A stretch of DNA of 46,199 nucleotides from Candidatus Daviesbacteria bacterium. Its GTDB lineage: Bacteria > Patescibacteriota > Microgenomatia > Daviesbacterales > UBA10151. Under the pieces are notes generated by a model. That model saw only the letters and a list, made by a program, of their open reading frames with translations. It was not told the origin of the DNA and made no database searches. How positions within the stretch are numbered: position 1 is the first letter of the stretch; the number at the start of each line of letters is the position of its first letter. Positions 43,890-46,199 of this stretch are shown here, piece after piece. The position numbers and the translations under genes were made by a program. The stretch covers positions 1 to 46,199 of the forward strand of contig JACPEX010000027.1 of the NCBI GenBank assembly GCA_016183265.1, written 5' to 3'.

Positions 43890-46199
43890 CTATAAAAACA
43901 ATGACCTTAAGGGAGGGTATGTTAAGATCAAAAGCTGGATTAATAAAACTGCTGCCACCGAAAAAAAGAGTTTTTTATTGGATAAAACCCCGTGATGCCT
44001 CCTCATAATAAAGGGCAGAATCATCTGCGCAATAACCATACCGGAAAAAATTGTGGCTCTCGCTGTCTCCAAACCCAAGGATTGTAAAGTCAGATAGAAG
44101 GCAAAAAGCAAAAGAGTTGCTATTAAAATACCCCCAAATATAATAAAACGTAAAGACTGGTAATTAAATATTGTCAGCTTTTTACGGGGCGGGGTTTGCA
44201 TCAAATGAGCTGAGGCGCTGTCAAATCCCAAAGCTAGCGCAGGCGGTCCGTCTGTCACAAAATTAATCCACAAGATTTGGATAGGCAGCAGGGGAGTAGG
44301 CAAGCCAAAAACCGCTCCACCTAAAATTAACAACATCTCCGACAAGTTCCCGGTCAGCAAAAACCTAATCACTTTTAAAATATTACTGTAAATTAACCTG
44401 CCTTGTTCAACAGCAGTCACCAAGGTAGCAAAATTATCATCCAGCAAAATAATATCCGAGGCTTCTTTGGCTACATCAGTGCCGATTTTACCCATAGATA
44501 CCCCTACCTCTGCCTGTTTTAAAGCCAAAGCATCATTTACCCCGTCACCTGTCACTGCCACCACTTCTCCCAAGCTTTGATACGCTTTGACAATCCTGAG
44601 CTTGTCCTGGGGAGTAATCCTGGCAAAAATCCGTACACGTCCAATCCTTTGCAAAAATTCTTCCTCATCCAAACTATTTAATTGAGCGCCGGTTAACACT
44701 TCATCACCGGGGGATAAAAGGCCAACTTTTTCACCAACTGCTTTGGCTGTTAGTTCATTATCCCCGGTGACCATCACCACTTTAATACCTGCATTTTTAG
44801 TAAGCCTGATTGCATCTTTGACTTCCGGCCGTATCTCATCAGCAATGCCAATCAAGCCTAAAAATTTATCATCTCGGGAAAAGGCCAAAACCCTCAAACC
44901 TTTGGCAGCCATTTTCTTATATTCTTGCTCCCATTTACTTTGCAAAGCAAAAACTTCCGGGGCGCCTTTTTGGTATTTTGATTTTTTACCGCCTTGCTCC
45001 CAAGTAGTAGTCATCTTTCTGGCTTCAAGATTAAAGGGAATCTCTTCAATTAACTTGAGCTCAGATCGCATCAGGTCAATATCTATCCCCTCATCTTTTG
45101 CCCAAAGAAGCAAAGCTCCTTCAGTAGAATCCCCTAAAACATCAAAATTATCTCCACCTCGAAGGTGCAACCGCATTTCTTCACCTTCGAGGTGTGTCTC
45201 TTTCAACACCAGAGAAGCACTGTTGCAAAGCACTGCGCACTTTATTAAATCAGCTTTTTTGGAATCTTCCGACTTTATTTCTTGCACCCTCATTTCATTT
45301 TTGGTTAAAGTCCCGGTTTTATCTGTACAAATCACTGTGGCCGCCCCCAAAGATTCAACTGCAATCATTTTTCGAACCAAAGCTTTTCTTTTGTACATCC
45401 GGCGCATGCCCATGGCCAAAATTATAGTCACAAAAGCCGGCAAACCTTCCGGCACCACTGCCACCATAAAAGCAATGCTGCCCAAAAGGGTAGCGGATAG
45501 GTCATATCCCTGCAGCGTTCTTAAGATAAAAATTACAGCTGCTGCTAACAATGCGATAATCCCAAGTATCCTGCTTAAACCTGCCAAAGTTTTTTCAAAA
45601 GGAGTTTGTTCGCCTTCAACCGCAGCTAACTTTTCGGCCAAATTTCCAAATTTAGTATTAATCCCTGTTTGCAAAACTAAAAACTTACCCCGCCCGGAAA
45701 CTACAGTAGTGGCAAAAAAAACTAAATTCTCCTCCGTCTTAGTAGATTTTTGCACAGGTAAAGATTCACCGGTTAAGATTGCTTCATTAATCTGTAAAGT
45801 ATGCGCTTCTACCAGCTGTCCGTCTGCCGGGATTTTATCGCCTGATTCTAAAATGACCACATCACCCGGGACAAGTTCGGTTGCCGGAATCTGGACTTGC
45901 TTACCATCCCTTTCCACCCTGGCAAATGCTACTTCCAGTTTTCGAAGCGCCTCCAGCTCTTTGGAGGCTTTGTATTCCTGCCAAAAACCTAACAGGGTGT
46001 TTAAAACTAAAATGCCGCCGATCAAAAAACTGTCTAGCTTATCACCAACAATAAATGACAAAACTGTGGCGCCCAGCAAAAGAAAGGAGAAGGGATTTTT
46101 TACCTGCCCGGCCAGCATCTCTAAAACAGAAGTAGTTTTCTTCTCCGGCAGCTTATTTAAACCATACTTTTTTAAAGCCTCTTTAGCCTGATGGGAAGT
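43890..46199 (-). CDS. P-type cation-transporting ATPase (Ca2+/Mg2+ type, P2-like); 5' end leaves the window
   Basis: LTGESLP, phosphorylation motif CTDKTGTLT, and the VTGDGVNDALALKQA hinge. The frame stays open upstream of the listed Met 46118 (TSHQAKEALKKYGLNKLPEKKTTSVLE MLAGQVKNPF, a Cation_ATPase_N pattern), so the true start lies beyond 46199. Confidence 0.9.
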   Translation of the reverse strand, partial: TSHQAKEALKKYGLNKLPEKKTTSVLEMLAGQVKNPFSFLLLGATVLSFIVGDKLDSFLIGGILVLNTLLGFWQEYKASKELEALRKLEVAFARVERDGKQVQIPATELVPGDVVILESGDKIPADGQLVEAHTLQINEAILTGESLPVQKSTKTEENLVFFATTVVSGRGKFLVLQTGINTKFGNLAEKLAAVEGEQTPFEKTLAGLSRILGIIALLAAAVIFILRTLQGYDLSATLLGSIAFMVAVVPEGLPAFVTIILAMGMRRMYKRKALVRKMIAVESLGAATVICTDKTGTLTKNEMRVQEIKSEDSKKADLIKCAVLCNSASLVLKETHLEGEEMRLHLRGGDNFDVLGDSTEGALLLWAKDEGIDIDLMRSELKLIEEIPFNLEARKMTTTWEQGGKKSKYQKGAPEVFALQSKWEQEYKKMAAKGLRVLAFSRDDKFLGLIGIADEIRPEVKDAIRLTKNAGIKVVMVTGDNELTAKAVGEKVGLLSPGDEVLTGAQLNSLDEEEFLQRIGRVRIFARITPQDKLRIVKAYQSLGEVVAVTGDGVNDALALKQAEVGVSMGKIGTDVAKEASDIILLDDNFATLVTAVEQGRLIYSNILKVIRFLLTGNLSEMLLILGGAVFGLPTPLLPIQILWINFVTDGPPALALGFDSASAHLMQTPPRKKLTIFNYQSLRFIIFGGILIATLLLFAFYLTLQSLGLETARATIFSGMVIAQMILPFIMRRHHGVLSNKKLFFSVAAVLLIQLLILTYPPLRSLFL

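Noticed and set aside
44743-46191. 482-aa plus-strand ORF
   Set aside because: It is antisense to the P-type ATPase, which has unambiguous motifs. The sequence is Ser/Pro/Lys-rich and low-complexity, typical of a shadow frame.

Overview
AT-rich (roughly 35-40% GC by eye) bacterial chromosome segment, standard genetic code. The gene content looks like a small-genome, monoderm, CPR/Patescibacteria-like organism; that lineage call is inference. About 55 genes are tightly packed. From left to right: (1) An edge-truncated membrane protein, an archaeal-type tyrS, recG, rpmF, an opposite-strand FHA protein, nusB, an ACP-like gene, rnc, rpsP, a KH protein and trmD. (2) A ~19 kb minus-strand type IV pilus super-cluster (pilB, pilT, pilC, a pilin, pilD, three paralogous pilins interleaved with plus-strand polytopic membrane proteins, eight more prepilin-like genes, pilM, pilN, pilO) with no secretin. 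(3) holB-like and gyrB. (4) A peptidoglycan block: frameshifted murC, a PP-loop-domain::MurD fusion, murF, an alpha/beta hydrolase, a DegT-like gene, FemAB and def. (5) hicBA, gyrA and small ORFs. (6) An edge-truncated P-type ATPase. The most unusual content is in repeats rather than genes. There are two different REP-hairpin/RAYT (HUH-Y1 transposase) units, each flanked by its own REP, and REP copies are embedded in frame in murC, def and the RAYT itself. There is a dispersed family of heptamer-periodic imperfect palindromes at gene ends, inside prepilin leader peptides and inside loops of TrmD, S16 and MurD. A GC-rich 20-mer is shared by trmD and pilB. Many genes have a -10 box 6-7 nt before the ATG, which suggests widespread leaderless mRNAs. 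No tRNA, rRNA or CRISPR array was seen.
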